A stretch of DNA of 58,018 nucleotides, the filler included, from Sphacelaria rigidula (taxonomy: Eukaryota): NCBI GenBank assembly GCA_964200075.2. It is 5 parts of 5 records of this genome, joined end to end, with 100 filler letters (N's around TTAATTAATTAA, not from the genome) between each part and the next. Parts side by side here need not be neighbours in the genome. Positions count along the whole stretch, not along the records: positions 34,875 to 46,397 come from CAXNAA020004833.1; positions 46,498 to 58,018 come from CAXNAA020004834.1; 3 more parts are not named here. One strand, written 5' to 3'. Positions 39,280 through 51,471 of the stretch are shown here, piece after piece. Position 1 is the first letter of the stretch, and every line of letters begins with the position of its first letter. The position numbers and the translations under genes are program-made. The notes beneath the pieces are model-generated. The model made no database searches. It saw only the letters and a list, made by a program, of their open reading frames with translations, and was not told the origin of the DNA.

Positions 39280-42200
39280 CGATCACCTCAAGAAATTGTA
39301 CTTGAGTCGACACACCAACATCGCGATCGATGACGTGAAATACATCGTCACAACTGGTTCGTTGGCGGAGCGAGCTTACGTGGTGGCCATGGACCACTCA
39401 ACGCGGTCGGTTGTGCTGAGCATCCGAGGAACACAAAGCGTCCATGATGCCTTGGTCGATCTAGTGTGTCGTCCGACAGGTACGCTCTCGGCCGTGACTT
39501 TAGAACAAGCGTGGGAGTGTTCCGTATTATCCCGCACAACGCTTCTCTGTTGCCAGCTTTCTGATGTTTCTAGGGTGTTCCGGTAGTTGGGTTCGCCGCC
39601 GGGAGTTCAGTTGCACTCAGCGCCCCAATCTGTGTCGACAAGGGTGCGGCATCGCCATGAACGTGGCGTGTGGACAACAATTCGGTCTCGTGTGTCGACC
39701 GAGAGGAGAGCGGCATTTGTACACCCAAACATTGCGGTGGTATACCATTCCATTTCCATGTGCTTGCTGAATCGTACAGATATCAAGACGCAGTTGCCGT
39801 TTTACACCACACCGACAAGTGTAGTGCGTACATTGTGGACTATTGCGTCTATTGCAGTGGACATGAGATTCCATACTGCACGCAGCGCACTGTTCGACAG
39901 TGCCATCCATTGTCCAGATTGTGTCTGGCCATTCCTTTGAATCGGGCGACGAGTTACCACGCCGGGCAAGAAACAAATACTGTGGGTTCCTATCGCTGTC
40001 TCCACGGCCCGATAGGAGCTCTTCTGCTGGGCTACGTCAACACGATACCGCGAACCTTGGCGATGTTGCGTGTACAGCTGAGACCAACGTTTTCGTGTCG
40101 TTCTCTTGGTTACAAGCACTGACGTCCTGACTGATCATCAATTGTCGTGAACCGCTTGTCTCTTGCTGCGTGGTAGACTTCGCCGGAGGCAAAGCACACG
40201 ACGGCATATCCAGGAATGCTCTGAAGGTGTGGTCGGGCGCCAAGGAATTGGTGGAAGCACTGCTGGGCGAGTATGATGACTACAAACTGGTTCTCACGGG
40301 TGAGTTCCCGCTGTAGTGCCATGCCGACCGTAGGACGGTTGTCCCGCCCAGAAAAAAAAAAAAACAGTTCACGCTGTTTTGTTTTTGTGAAGTCGGAACA
40401 TCCGAGTGAAATGTCACCGCTGAAATGGACAGGTTCGTGTGGTTCTGTGGTATCCATCCGCTGTTCAAATTTTGAGTTGCTTGTGACCGAATTGGAATAT
40501 TTTCGTGGCTTGTCATGTGTGCAGCCTCGACTCTATCTCCGCTCTATGGCTGAATACACATGAGTTCACCCGGCTAGGATAGCATATTCAGTGATTTTCT
40601 CTATCCCCCCTGTAAGGTCAATGATCTTATAACTATGGCATGCACGATCATGAGCATATTCCCCTGTATACAACATCGCTTCGCGTGCTGGCAGTATTCA
40701 AGGAGCAAGCGTTCCCCTTGCACGGTTCTCAGTATGTTCGCCATCTCGAGCGCTCACACGGAGACAGTCGGGCCTCAATTCCTGTTCCCCAAGACTCCCC
40801 CAGTGAAAAATGATACAACACTTACCTTACATCATAGCACAGCAGGAACGAGAAAGCACTAGGGGTGTTTTCGATATTGTAGTGTGATTACAGTGATGGT
40901 GTCATTGCAGTGACGGGGGCGCCAAGTGGTACGCGCTGGGGATGATGGTGGGTAGGGACAACTTATACATCATGTGCAGAGGTAACTCTAGGCTCTGTCA
41001 ACGAGCAACACTGAGGAAGGGCATATGATTCTTGCTCTGTTTGGGAAACGACGCACCAACCGACATGATTCCTCTTTCCCGCCCAATGCTCCCCATGATT
41101 TCGTCGCCCCATGATTCCGTCGGAATCGTTCGGAAACGATCAGGTCACAGCCTCGGTGCAGGGACAGCGATTCTACTGAAAATATTTTTCTCGAGTGAAG
41201 CAGACGAGGTTGTGGAGGCAGACGTCGTTGAAGGTAGGGAGACTATGGAGAACAAGGAGCGGTCGCTGGAAGGATTGAACGCGGGTCGTCCGGTGCACGT
41301 GGAATGCTTCGCCTTCGCGCCTCCGCCGGTATTCTTTGGGGAAGGCGGATCCGCGGACACACCGGACATGTACTCTTTTATCAACGCGTAAGTGAATCGA
41401 AATGGCTCCAGGTTTATTGCGGTCGGGAATGACGGCACAACGTCTCAACGGTTTGGGTTTCTCTCCGTTTCGTGTACCAGCGGAAAAGCAGCAAGCCTTA
41501 CCCCGGGTAACCTGCCAAATATTCCCAGCGGTTGCTTTTCGTAACATCACCACTCGGACTAGCCATCACCGAAGGCTATATATATATGCACTGATAAGAC
41601 CGAAGGTGCTGTGGGAAGTGGACGGAATCATTGCTCTTGAACGGTAGCTCTGACGTTAGTGAGACTTACGCTGGGATCATCGGCCCTGTGCAGATTTCCT
41701 GCTTGAAGCATTTTTTGTGGGCCTACGAGCATGGTAAAATCCCATCCCTGGGCTAAGGGAGAGGTTGAGACGTGCCAGTATCGGAATCCGTCGGCTCGGT
41801 ATCTCTCCAATCCTCTACGCGTTCGCGGCTCCACGCAATCATCCTCTCTTTGTGCATTTTTATGGCAGATAAACATTAATTAGCGGGTCACCTCCACAGT
41901 CGGACCTCCCCAAAGACCAGCTGTCCCTGCCAGCCTTTGGAGATTCTATTGAAGCCGGGTCGAATACAACCAGTTATCACTAGTTGACTTGTACAAAGTA
42001 GAATAGTGGCACGCCCCATGTATACCTAATTTATTGAACATGAAATGGCACGCCATCTAAAACCATAAGAGTTCAATGTGTGTGCCACGCGAAGGCAGGT
42101 ACCACATACACGGCCAATGACTTATATATCAGCGTACTTGTGCAGAGCCATCTGCTGCGTTGGTGTCGAGCAGGTGCGATTGTGTTCCTACGATTTCTCT

Positions 42201-45200
42201 GGGCGCCATGTACAGCCTGTTTCGCACTGTGCGGCGCATAGACCAACTTCCGCTCGATGTCTCCCAGCGGGCGCGGTTCGTCCTCGATTCGGAAGTTCGA
42301 CTCCAAAACGGTGGGCTTGCCCCTGACATCGACAAGCGAGAGGAGCCGCAAGGTACGGCCTCCTTGCTCGCGTGCTGCGTATTGTCTGTCGCACCGTTGG
42401 TCTTAGGTACGTATGCCACACCTCTGACGTGATCATTTCGGCGTGTTTCGCCACAGCGTGCCCGCTGTGCTCGAGCCTTTGGTGCCGTCCAACCTTGTCC
42501 CTGATTTTCATCCGCACTTATCCATGTGTGCGCGAATTTCAGAATGCAGTATTTGCTTGTTCGGATGGCTAGTTGGATCTCTCGCCCACATTCCTCACCG
42601 CATCGAGTTTTGTACTGTCCGTGCACGTTGGGAACTCCCAATGCCTTCCATAGCGCTGGTTGTCCCTTCGTCTCCGGCATTTGTTCGCTGAACACAAAGC
42701 TGACGACAGTGCTCACCACGAACAGACCTACCACGTCCGACCCACCTCACCACGGTCAAAAGGTGTCTGGCCTCCATCCAATGTCTGCACGATAGTTGGG
42801 CTTTGGAAGTCGCTAGATTCGTCCGAACGTAGGCTAATTGGTTCACTCGATCTCTAGGATGTCGCACATTCACTGTTCCCCGGGGTAAGATCGATCGGAA
42901 CCGTGCCCTCCTTGCGTTTCGGTCTCACGGGGAAGGTGCAGCTGGACACGATAGTGTGTTTTGTACGTTTGTTGCATGATTTGGTCGTTTTTGTGGGTAC
43001 CGTTGATTAATCAACCCTAGATTCAAGCGTGTGTCTGTTCCCTCCTGAAAAGTACGTATCGCGCACGAACGTTGGCCTTGTACGAATGCAGGAAAACTAT
43101 CATTGGCAACGATTTTCCATTTTTACGCGTGAGAGTTGACCTTATGCGATATTGGCTGCAATGGAATCATCGACATTGTACGTTATATGCCGATATCACT
43201 ATTGGAAACGCGATACGTGACTACACATGAAAGTTCATTCGACGCGAGCATCGCTACTTTCTGGTGCCTCGTTACATCGATAGTCCGTGGCCATTGAGGT
43301 CTGTAGCTGGTACACGTCCGTAGATCTCCGTTCACGGGCGTTCCCGACACTTGCCCCGATTCAGCGGACCTAGGGAATGATGGAAGTGAGAACGGAGGTG
43401 GGAAAGAAGACGGACATGGAAATAGTAGCCCGGGTGTTGCTACTGACCACCGCCCGCCAAGTTTTGCGAAGGATGGGGCCAACGTAGTTGCTCGCTTCAG
43501 GCGCGAAATCAAACAAGCCGCGGACAAGCTTCACGGGGAGGTTGGCCAGGTGAGTCACTCAATGACGGAGGCCTGGGAGGAAGTGTTCTTGTTCACCAGC
43601 CGGATTGAAACACAACCTGCGGCTCTTTTACCCCCGGGAAAACTATCACTTTAACTTTCCACTTATTCTGCTGTACCACCCCGTCTCATAGCATCGACTA
43701 TCGGTTAGATATCTGTCAAAATGAGCCTTAATATTCGAGATTATCCCCCCTCCCCATTCCCCTGAACGCCACAGGTGGCGAGCCGAACATCACCCAAAAC
43801 AATTCTGCTGAAAAAGCTAGAAGAGAGAGCAGGTACGCGTCGACATATTAGGTTTCAAACCACGCATGGTGGGGATTCGAAAATGAATCGGCCTCTCCCA
43901 GTACTTTCTTGAGTGCGTGATTGCGCACATGGTCCATCAAGTCGATGTCCACTACGTTAGGGTTGTGTGTAGGACAATAAGTCATTGGCTCTTCAGTACA
44001 CGGAGGTTTTAATCTGGTGTTGAGAATCGTCGTGTCCCTCGCAATATGTATACATAGCCCCTTTTGCTCACTTGGCATGGTATTCCGATGGCATCTCACA
44101 CGTGCTGTTGTTTTTCGAAGACTATGCGCATATGTGAATATCATCGCCAGACATCTGGATGAACCGATGGCTATTGGTTGCTTCGCCAGTCGTTCAATGT
44201 TGAATCGATGAATGTATCCGTTAGGTCCCTCCCGTATATCGGTACACATGTCGTTTCGGTAAACTAGTCAGTGAGACAGACACAGGGCCAATCTTCGGAC
44301 ATACGCATACTTCATGAAACATTATACCCGAAACACAATAAAACCCTCGGGACAGGCGGTGGGAAAGGAGAAGGCGGTCCAGACCCGGACGAGATGATGG
44401 TGATGATTCAGCGATGCGAACAGGACGGGCGGCGTGCAGAGAGAAGCTCGCTCGGATACGATATTACGACAGGTGATCTTATCGTTCCCGGCCGGGTGTA
44501 CCATCTGCAAGACGATGTCACCTTCGGTACTACCACGGGCAGCGGCGGCGGAGGCGGCGTTGGTGAGCAAACGGATGCAGCGTCTCGAAACGTGCAGCTA
44601 TAGCTCAAGCATGCCCTGCACTAGTGATCCGTTAAATACAACGGAACATTTGCCAGTATTTCCTGGTCTTGACGTACGGTATCCATTCGGTATTGCTCCC
44701 AGCATGCGACCAAACCGCGACGTGCTATGTTTCCCCGGTCCCCGTCTGCAGTGGTCGAGTCCTCGTACTACGCACCGTGGTGGTTGACATGGATTCAAAT
44801 CGCATCCATCGGTGAGGTTGATTGTGAAAGTTCTGGATTATGCTCTTCGAATGTGTCGAGCACGAGTTGCAACGTGGCAGGATTATCTGCGGCAGCAAGA
44901 ATGCTTGAAAGAGTAAACCGCCGTCCGTGTCAACGAGCGCTACCTCATCGCGAGAGAACGCAAGGCAGGCATCGAGGTATTGCATTTCTAGGTTTGAAAC
45001 TCCCCGGTTGCCGATGGTAAGAACCGTTGCATGAGAACATTACTTTCAAAAATAATAATATGGCAGGTGTCGACGATGGCGGCGACGTTGCTGCTGCTGG
45101 CTGGATGGGTACCGTTCGGCGGACAAGCTCGGATGTGTTCAGCAGGGGTATTCGCTTGAGTGCCACGATGTTGACGGACCACTTCATGGACAAATACGAG

Positions 45201-45236
45201 CCGAAGCTGCGGGAGGCGGCACGGCGATACGCTTGA
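39280..45236 (+). CDS. Class 3 lipase (Lipase_3 / diacylglycerol-lipase-like alpha/beta hydrolase), 5'-incomplete
   Basis: Exons 39280-39479 (VVLSIRGTQSVHDALVDL), 40177-40299 (GKAHDGI...YKLVLTG), 41144-41387 (GHSLGAG nucleophile elbow; CFAFAPPP), 42174-42352 (CDCVPTIS, likely catalytic Asp), 43365-43549, 43775-43832, 44356-44562 (LIVPGRVYHL), probable 44752-44811, and 45067-45236 (MLTDHFMDKY, likely catalytic His; stop). All junctions are GT-AG and in phase. Confidence 0.92.
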
Positions 45237-45881
45237 CTGTCTGATGGCCACAAGCGTATACCATCAAACGCCATCGCCGTTTGAATACGGAGCGTCAGCT
45301 TTGCTCTAGCCTTATTTGTCTTTAACTACTTTAGCTTGACAAGTACTCAAAAGACCGTGCGGAGATGCGTGTTCATTTGCCACGTGGTTGGAGAGATGAT
45401 CGCGCTTTTAAAGACCCTTTACCATACCCCGGTACCTGAGGCATGTAGTATGAAACAGGTGTACGGTATGTATACTGCGTGACGGATGGAATGGTGGGGG
45501 CTATTCCACCTTTAGCAGACGAACGTTTTCATGTGTTCAGTTCTGGGATTAATTTTTCGTGACACATCCAGCAGTGAGATCGGTTTGCCTGGTGTCGTGT
45601 TGTGTGGCGTTACAGAACTTCAAAAAGCACCCTGCAGTCAGAGCATGATTGAGCCAGTGTTGCCCACCGGTATTTCAGGGTGTATGACTCATTTGGTGCA
45701 CTTGCTGTTGCCTGTCCCTGGAGAGTTGTCTTCAGCTACGTACGTCATGTGCCGCTAGTTTGCAGAAGCTCTCGTGGATTATCTGTTCCAATTTCACTGA
45801 GTGAAGTAGGCTTCTGCTGCGGGTAAAAACTCGACTAACCGGTTTTTTGCGACTTTTTTTTGCTATTTGTTTCCACTCTAA

Positions 45882-46350
45882 GGCTACTTCTTATGTATCA
45901 AAAGTAAAACTTGTTGAAAAGTGCATTTTTGGCCCTTCTCCGTCGTTTTCCCCCCGAAAAGAGGACTGAGCGGCAGTTGGCACCTTGGAATGGCTTGCTC
46001 TACTCGCCGAGACGGTTCCTGGGCACCTTTGCGTTTCCCGCAGGTCACGGCTTCGTTTTTGGCCAAACTTGCGTTTTCAAGAACAAACGGTCAAGTTATC
46101 TAAAAACAAGGGGAAAACTGACATTTTTTTGGGAAGTTGACAGATCGTTTTTGAAAATGCAACTTTGGCCATAAACGAAACCGTGGCCTACAGCAAACGC
46201 AAAGGTGCTCAGGAACCGTCTCGGCGAGTGGAGCAAGTCATTCCAAGGTGTCAACAGCCGCTTAGTCCTCTTCTCGGGGGGAAAACGACGGAGAAGGGCC
46301 GAATATGCACTTTTCAACAAGTTTTATTTTTCGATACATAAGAAGTAGAC
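45882..46350. mobile_element. PIF/Harbinger-like fold-back MITE
   Basis: TAA|GGCTACTTCTTATG...CATAAGAAGTAGAC|TAA; near full-length inverted repeat; shares CACCTTGGAATG-CTTG with 29914-30413. Confidence 0.85.
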
Positions 46351-46397
46351 TAAAACCCCTGTTAATTTCGATTTGGGGGGGGGGGGGGGGGGGGGGC

Positions 46398-46497
46398 NNN
46401 NNNNNNNNNNNNNNNNNNNNNNNNNNNNNNNNNNNNNNNNNTTAATTAATTAANNNNNNNNNNNNNNNNNNNNNNNNNNNNNNNNNNNNNNNNNNNN
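46398..46497. other. Artificial contig-joining spacer
   Basis: Same N44-TTAATTAATTAA-N44 structure. Confidence 0.98.
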
Positions 46498-46556
46498 ATG
46501 ATTCTGGATTCTGAGCTTCATTTTTCAGGTGCGGCTGTTAGTTCTTCTCCACTTCT

Positions 46557-46870
46557 CTTTTTTTTTTTTTTTTCCTCACACTTTTAACCCCTCCGCCTCC
46601 TCGGGATAAGTCCGTGGTCTCAAGGGGTTAACCCATATCTCCCCCGGCACGCGCCTTTCGTTTTGGGCTCGTGGAATGGGTCAGCACTCCCGCACTGCGT
46701 CAACTCACGTCACACGAACCTAGTCGAGTACTTTGTTCACTCACGTTCTCACGCATTCCACGGTGGAAATCATACATTACGAGGGGAAAACCCAACGCAT
46801 CGGGAATCGAACCCCCCTCTCTCCACCCTACTGGTGACAGTCAGACCATTACACCACGAGGGCGTGGCGG
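46557..46870 (-). mobile_element. tRNA-derived SINE, family B, with an A-rich tail
   Basis: Same head and body; the poly-T at 46557-46573 is a poly-A tail on the minus strand. Confidence 0.82.
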
Positions 46871-46954
46871 CAATATTATATCTTGTATTTCTCTCCTTCT
46901 TTGCCTCGCCCCTTTCCCGTCAGTATCATTCCCTGCTTTTGTACCGCAGGGTTG

Positions 46955-48000
46955 TTTATCTGCTGCCAAAACATAGCCGGGACATAGCATCGAATAATGA
47001 AGGCAATCAAGTCATCCTACGATCGGGAGGGGGGGGGGGGAAGTATTTGATTCCACTAAAAAAGAGGTTCATAAGTGTGTCAGACGCCTTGCCACACTCG
47101 CGGTGCGCTTGTATCTGGTTCAAAACGGTGTCGATCAGTATGAATGAGCGTTATTGATCTATAACAAACTCGTTCGAGCAACCGTTGCTGCTTTCAACGA
47201 GAGTTTGACTTGGAATTTCGTGAAAGAAGTGGCCCGAAATCCCCCCCCACATCCCATAGTAGGATGACTCAGTAATCCTCCATGAACCTCCTACAACAAA
47301 GCCCGGACATAGAAGTGAAATAGCGAAGCTAACCACTCTTCTTTTGAACTTACCAAACCACAGCCCAGACATAGACATGAAATGACGAGGCTAACCATCC
47401 ATTTTCCTTAACTTACCATACTACAGCTCGAACATAGATATAGAATGAAGAAGCTCACCATCCCTGTTCTCTAACCTTCCAGAACAAAGCCCGGGCACGG
47501 AGATAAAGTAACAACAAAGCCAATCATCCTATTTTCATCTTACCATGAAACAGACCGGACAAAGGCATTGAATAACGGTGGTAACCATTTCCCTCTTAAC
47601 GTACCATGACACACAGCCCGGACATAGCCTGAAATGATGACGCTAACCACGTTTTCTTTCACCTACCATAACGCAGCCCGATGCACACATAAACTGACCG
47701 AGGTAAGCGTGTTTTTCTCATCTACCATAACACAGCCCGGACGTAGACATCAATCGACGGAACTCACCACGTTTCTAGGACCTACCATAACACAGCCCGG
47801 ATATGAACATGCAATGAAGGAGCTAACCACTTTATTTTTCAACCTACCAAAATACAGCCCGGATACAGACGTGGAGTAACAAAGCAAACCATCCTTTTTC
47901 CTCACCCTACCAGACCACTGCCAGGACATAGACATGGCATAACGAAGCCGACCACCTTTTTTCTTATATCTATCAGAACGCAGCTCGGACATGAACACGT
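46955..48000 (+). repeat. ~61-bp minisatellite array, same family and more diverged, interrupted by MITE A
   Basis: About 13 units containing ACAGCCCGGACATAGACATGAAAT...AAGCTAACC; a terminal-type unit reappears at 48480-48530. Confidence 0.88.
47009..47270. mobile_element. MITE family A, with GAGTCATGCTACGATAG-poly(G) termini
   Basis: AAGTCATCCTACGATCGGGAGGGG...CCCC...CATAGTAGGATGACTC; internal GTGTCAGACG...GCGGTGCGCTTGT. Other copies at 70-180, 14846-15800, 49528-51278 and 52163-52701. Confidence 0.8.
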
Positions 48001-48111
48001 GACTTTACATATTGGTGATGGATGTTTGTGTTGGGGATGAGAATCCTGAAAAATAAACTCTTCGCATCAACACCGAATCTTCGAGATATGGTTTTATTTC
48101 TTGACTCGCTG

Positions 48112-48311
48112 GTAGCTATTGACAACTACTACACGTCATGCAAATTTGGATTTTGATAACCAAAATGTTGGAGTCCCAGGTAAAAAAATAATAATTTTGG
48201 GGTCCGATTGGATCATCTAAACTCCCCATAATTGGGTTTCCTCCTAGGATCCCAACATTTCGCTTGTCAAACTCTAAATTGGTATGGCGTGCAGTAGTTG
48301 TCAATAGCTAC
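48112..48311. repeat. Fold-back inverted repeat / MITE
   Basis: GTAGCTATTGACAACTACTACACG...CGTGCAGTAGTTGTCAATAGCTAC. Confidence 0.78.
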
Positions 48312-49450
48312 AAGCACGTGAAGAAATGGCATCATTTGGTTTCGGCGATTTGGTGTGAATACGAAGATTTCAGTTCTCCAGGTTCTCATCGCCAATCAAA
48401 CGTCCATCCCCAGTTCGTGAAATCCCGTGTTCATAGCAATGAAATCAGAGAGCTATATATATTTTTCTTTGCAATAAATAGAACGAGGACCGGATATAGA
48501 CATGAAATATCGCGAAAAATATATTCGATTTCTCCGCATCAAAACGAAAAACAATCGAGAGTATTCCCCCAGTATCGTAAAAAAGGTGACGTATGAGACA
48601 AAACCAGCACCCAGGCATGTTCGCATGAAAGTTCGGTATCGTAATGAGATACTCGGTAAACGTTACCAATTTCCAGTGGGAGGTGGAAAATCTGGTCAGC
48701 CGTTTCCCTATATTCAAGACATTATTTGCACAGGCGTCGAATGAAGGGAAGGGGTGGACAATACATGACATTGAAATCAAGACCCACTGCACTCATGAAA
48801 CAAACACCTTACCAATGACCGACGACATGACTAGCGAGAAGGAACACCAAACGGTATGTAGACGTCTTGAGATCTTGAAGGATAGAAGGTACTACAGAGT
48901 GTGGGGGAATCGTTGGCGTTCGGCGGCGAAGGTCTACTCGGGAGCAGGAGGGTGCAGCGAACCATGGTGAAGCGTTCATGGACTGGCAGGAAGTGATGAT
49001 GTATCGGACATCTCGATGTGGGAGTAAGACCTTGCGTTGTGCAAGCCGTCCTTGAACCGTGCACTGTGAAAATGACACCCCCTGGGGGATAGTAGCCAGT
49101 ACAGCAGTGAGTCAAGAAAATAGAAGACACGATCGTGGGACGCCTGGACGACTTACCATGCAGATCGCATGGCACAAACATGCGTCACTTGTATCTGTTA
49201 GGATGTACCACAAATATCACTGAGCTATACTATTAGCGTCTTGACAAAAGCTAATCCCAGGGTTAAAACCCTCGTGGATCGGGATTCCTTCTTTTCAGGG
49301 GTACCCGGACCATTCCGCACGGTGAATACTCTTCACCCTGGAAAGAAGAAGCGCAGACAAGCTTGCGTTGATTACAGGGGTGGTAACCCTGGGGTGAAAG
49401 TGGGCCCGACGGCATAACAGCCTGAGGGCCCCCGGCATTAGCTTTTCTTG

Positions 49451-49520
49451 AGATGTCACAGGTACCACTGAGCTAAACAGTCAGCGTTGACTGTTTAGCT
49501 CAGTTGTATCTGTGACATCT
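49451..49520. repeat. Near-perfect 33-bp stem hairpin with a 4-nt loop
   Basis: AGATGTCACAGGTACCACTGAGCTAAACAGTCA-GCGT-TGACTGTTTAGCTCAGTTGTATCTGTGACATCT; two non-Watson-Crick positions. Confidence 0.85.
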
Positions 49521-49543
49521 TGTAAGGGAGTCATCCCACGATA

Positions 49544-51056
49544 GAGGGGAGGGGGTACTCATTTGTTGCTTGCCTTAGTCGTTGGACCGCTGACCACGCA
49601 TCCCTTTCGAGACGGAGCGCCTTTCCTACTCCTAGTAGAGCCACCTCACATTTAGGTGCTCATCGCTCTTCTTCCATACATACAAAACAAAAACGTTTGC
49701 ATATCTCATCCCCGTCCTGTTTCGCCGTCTGTGGCAACCATCAATCTCCTAGTATAGCCAACGTTTTTCCCTACTTCTGATGCATCAAATGAGTTCATGC
49801 TATCTTCGTTCACGTCCCGCATTTCCCGCTCTCGCACGTCCCGTTCCTTCTTGTAAAGTTCACATTCTGCCACTATATGACTTCTGCTTTCTATTGCTTT
49901 GCCACAGGGGTAGTTCTGTTCATCTACTTCCTCCTCCATTCTACTATTATTGGTATATATCTTTCTTCTTTCTGGCAGGTCCAGGTTCCCCACCCGGAAT
50001 CGCGGTTTTAATGTTTTCGCCGCGTCCATTGGCCCATGCAAATATGTATTCATCCCTCTCTCCTCTGACAACCACTCCTATACCTCCAGGTATTTCTCCT
50101 CGTCTACTTTGCTTCTAAGCGCCCCTTTCCCCCCTATTTCTATGATATCTCTTACTTTTGTCTTGTACCCCGCACGTTCACCAATGAACAGTTTTTCGTC
50201 TTGGTTTCCTCCCATCTCCTTCCATATTTTCTCGACTTCTTTATCCCACCTTATTCCAGTCTGCCCTTTCGTACTTTTCTTCCGCACAGCCTTATCAACT
50301 CTAGCTGATAATTTGTTTTCTCTGCATGTTCTTCAAGTTACATTGACATCGCAATTTCCTCATGCCTCTGTTTGTTTTAAGTGAGTACATTCCAAACTCT
50401 GCTCTCAATGCTGTATTGTTCGTCATTTTCGAGCCTTCAAGTATTTTCTTAGCTGCTGACACCTGTACTGTTTCCGACCTCTTCACCAATTTCACGGCTT
50501 CCTCCCATACTTCTCCTGCATATTCCAACTTTGGTACGATCATGTTCATCAGGATACATATATCTCAATCGCAGTGTCTAGGTGCGGGTCTCTGGGGATC
50601 ACGTCCATTCTGTTTGTGTGCCTTACCTTTTTCGATTACTTTGTTTATGTATGCACCCTAAGAACAGTTGTTATTTGAAATCTCTACGCCAAGGTATGTA
50701 TGCTGGTCTACGATCGGTGAGTAAATTCCTTTTCTCCCCACTTCCATTTGAACTCTACTGGATTTTTCTTATCTTCGTTACAGACGAGTACCGCGCATTC
50801 GTTAAGGTTCGCCGTCACTCTCCATTTTCTAGTGTAGTTTTGTGCTTTGTCTATTTATGTCTGTAATCCTTCTCGTGTTTCTGAAGTCCCCACAAAATCA
50901 TCGGCGAACATCAATCCTGGTACCATATCTTCACCCACCTTGACCCATTGCTTTACCGCTTCTATTGCTGTTATCAAGTCATTAATAACTACCTTGAACA
51001 AAGTGGGAGATAAGGTATTTATGAATGACTTGAAAATAGCAATAGAGGCAGCACAA
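49544..51056 (-). mobile_element. Decayed 5'-truncated LINE (RT C-terminal half to 3' end) with a short inverted segment at its 5' end
   Basis: Minus strand reads LSPTLFKVVINDL, GLMFADDFVG, IVPKLEYAGEVW, RFRVGNLDLPERR, HIVAECELY and GAPSRKGCVV...ASNK*, then GTACCCCC. Confidence 0.92.
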
Positions 51057-51471
51057 TGAGGGGGGGCGGATATTTTATTGCACGAAAAAAGAGGCTAATA
51101 GGTGTGTCAGACGACCTGCCACCCTCGCGGTGCGCTTGTATTCGAAATAAAACAGTGTCGAGTAGTATGAATGAGCGTTATTTCGACCGTTGCTGCTTTC
51201 AACGACGGTTTGACTTGAAATTCGTGCAAGAGGTGGTCCAAAATGCCCCCCCCCCCCCCCCCTATCGTAGAATGACTCCAGAAAAAACTCTCAACATCAG
51301 GAAACCGACGTGCAGTTCCTCCCACAGGTCGACGGTGTTTCGAAGACCTATGCTACCGTAGGAATCGAACGCGGATCCCCGCAAGATACTCTGTGCACAA
51401 CGTACCGTGCATTGCATGTTGATGTTGATCTATTCACGATTCGTCGAGTTTTGCAATTGTTGGTATACCAG

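Noticed and set aside
51310..51471. N-terminal part of the 162-aa ORF
   Set aside because: It appears intronic and repeat-derived; GT77-like motifs begin at the acceptor at 51472.
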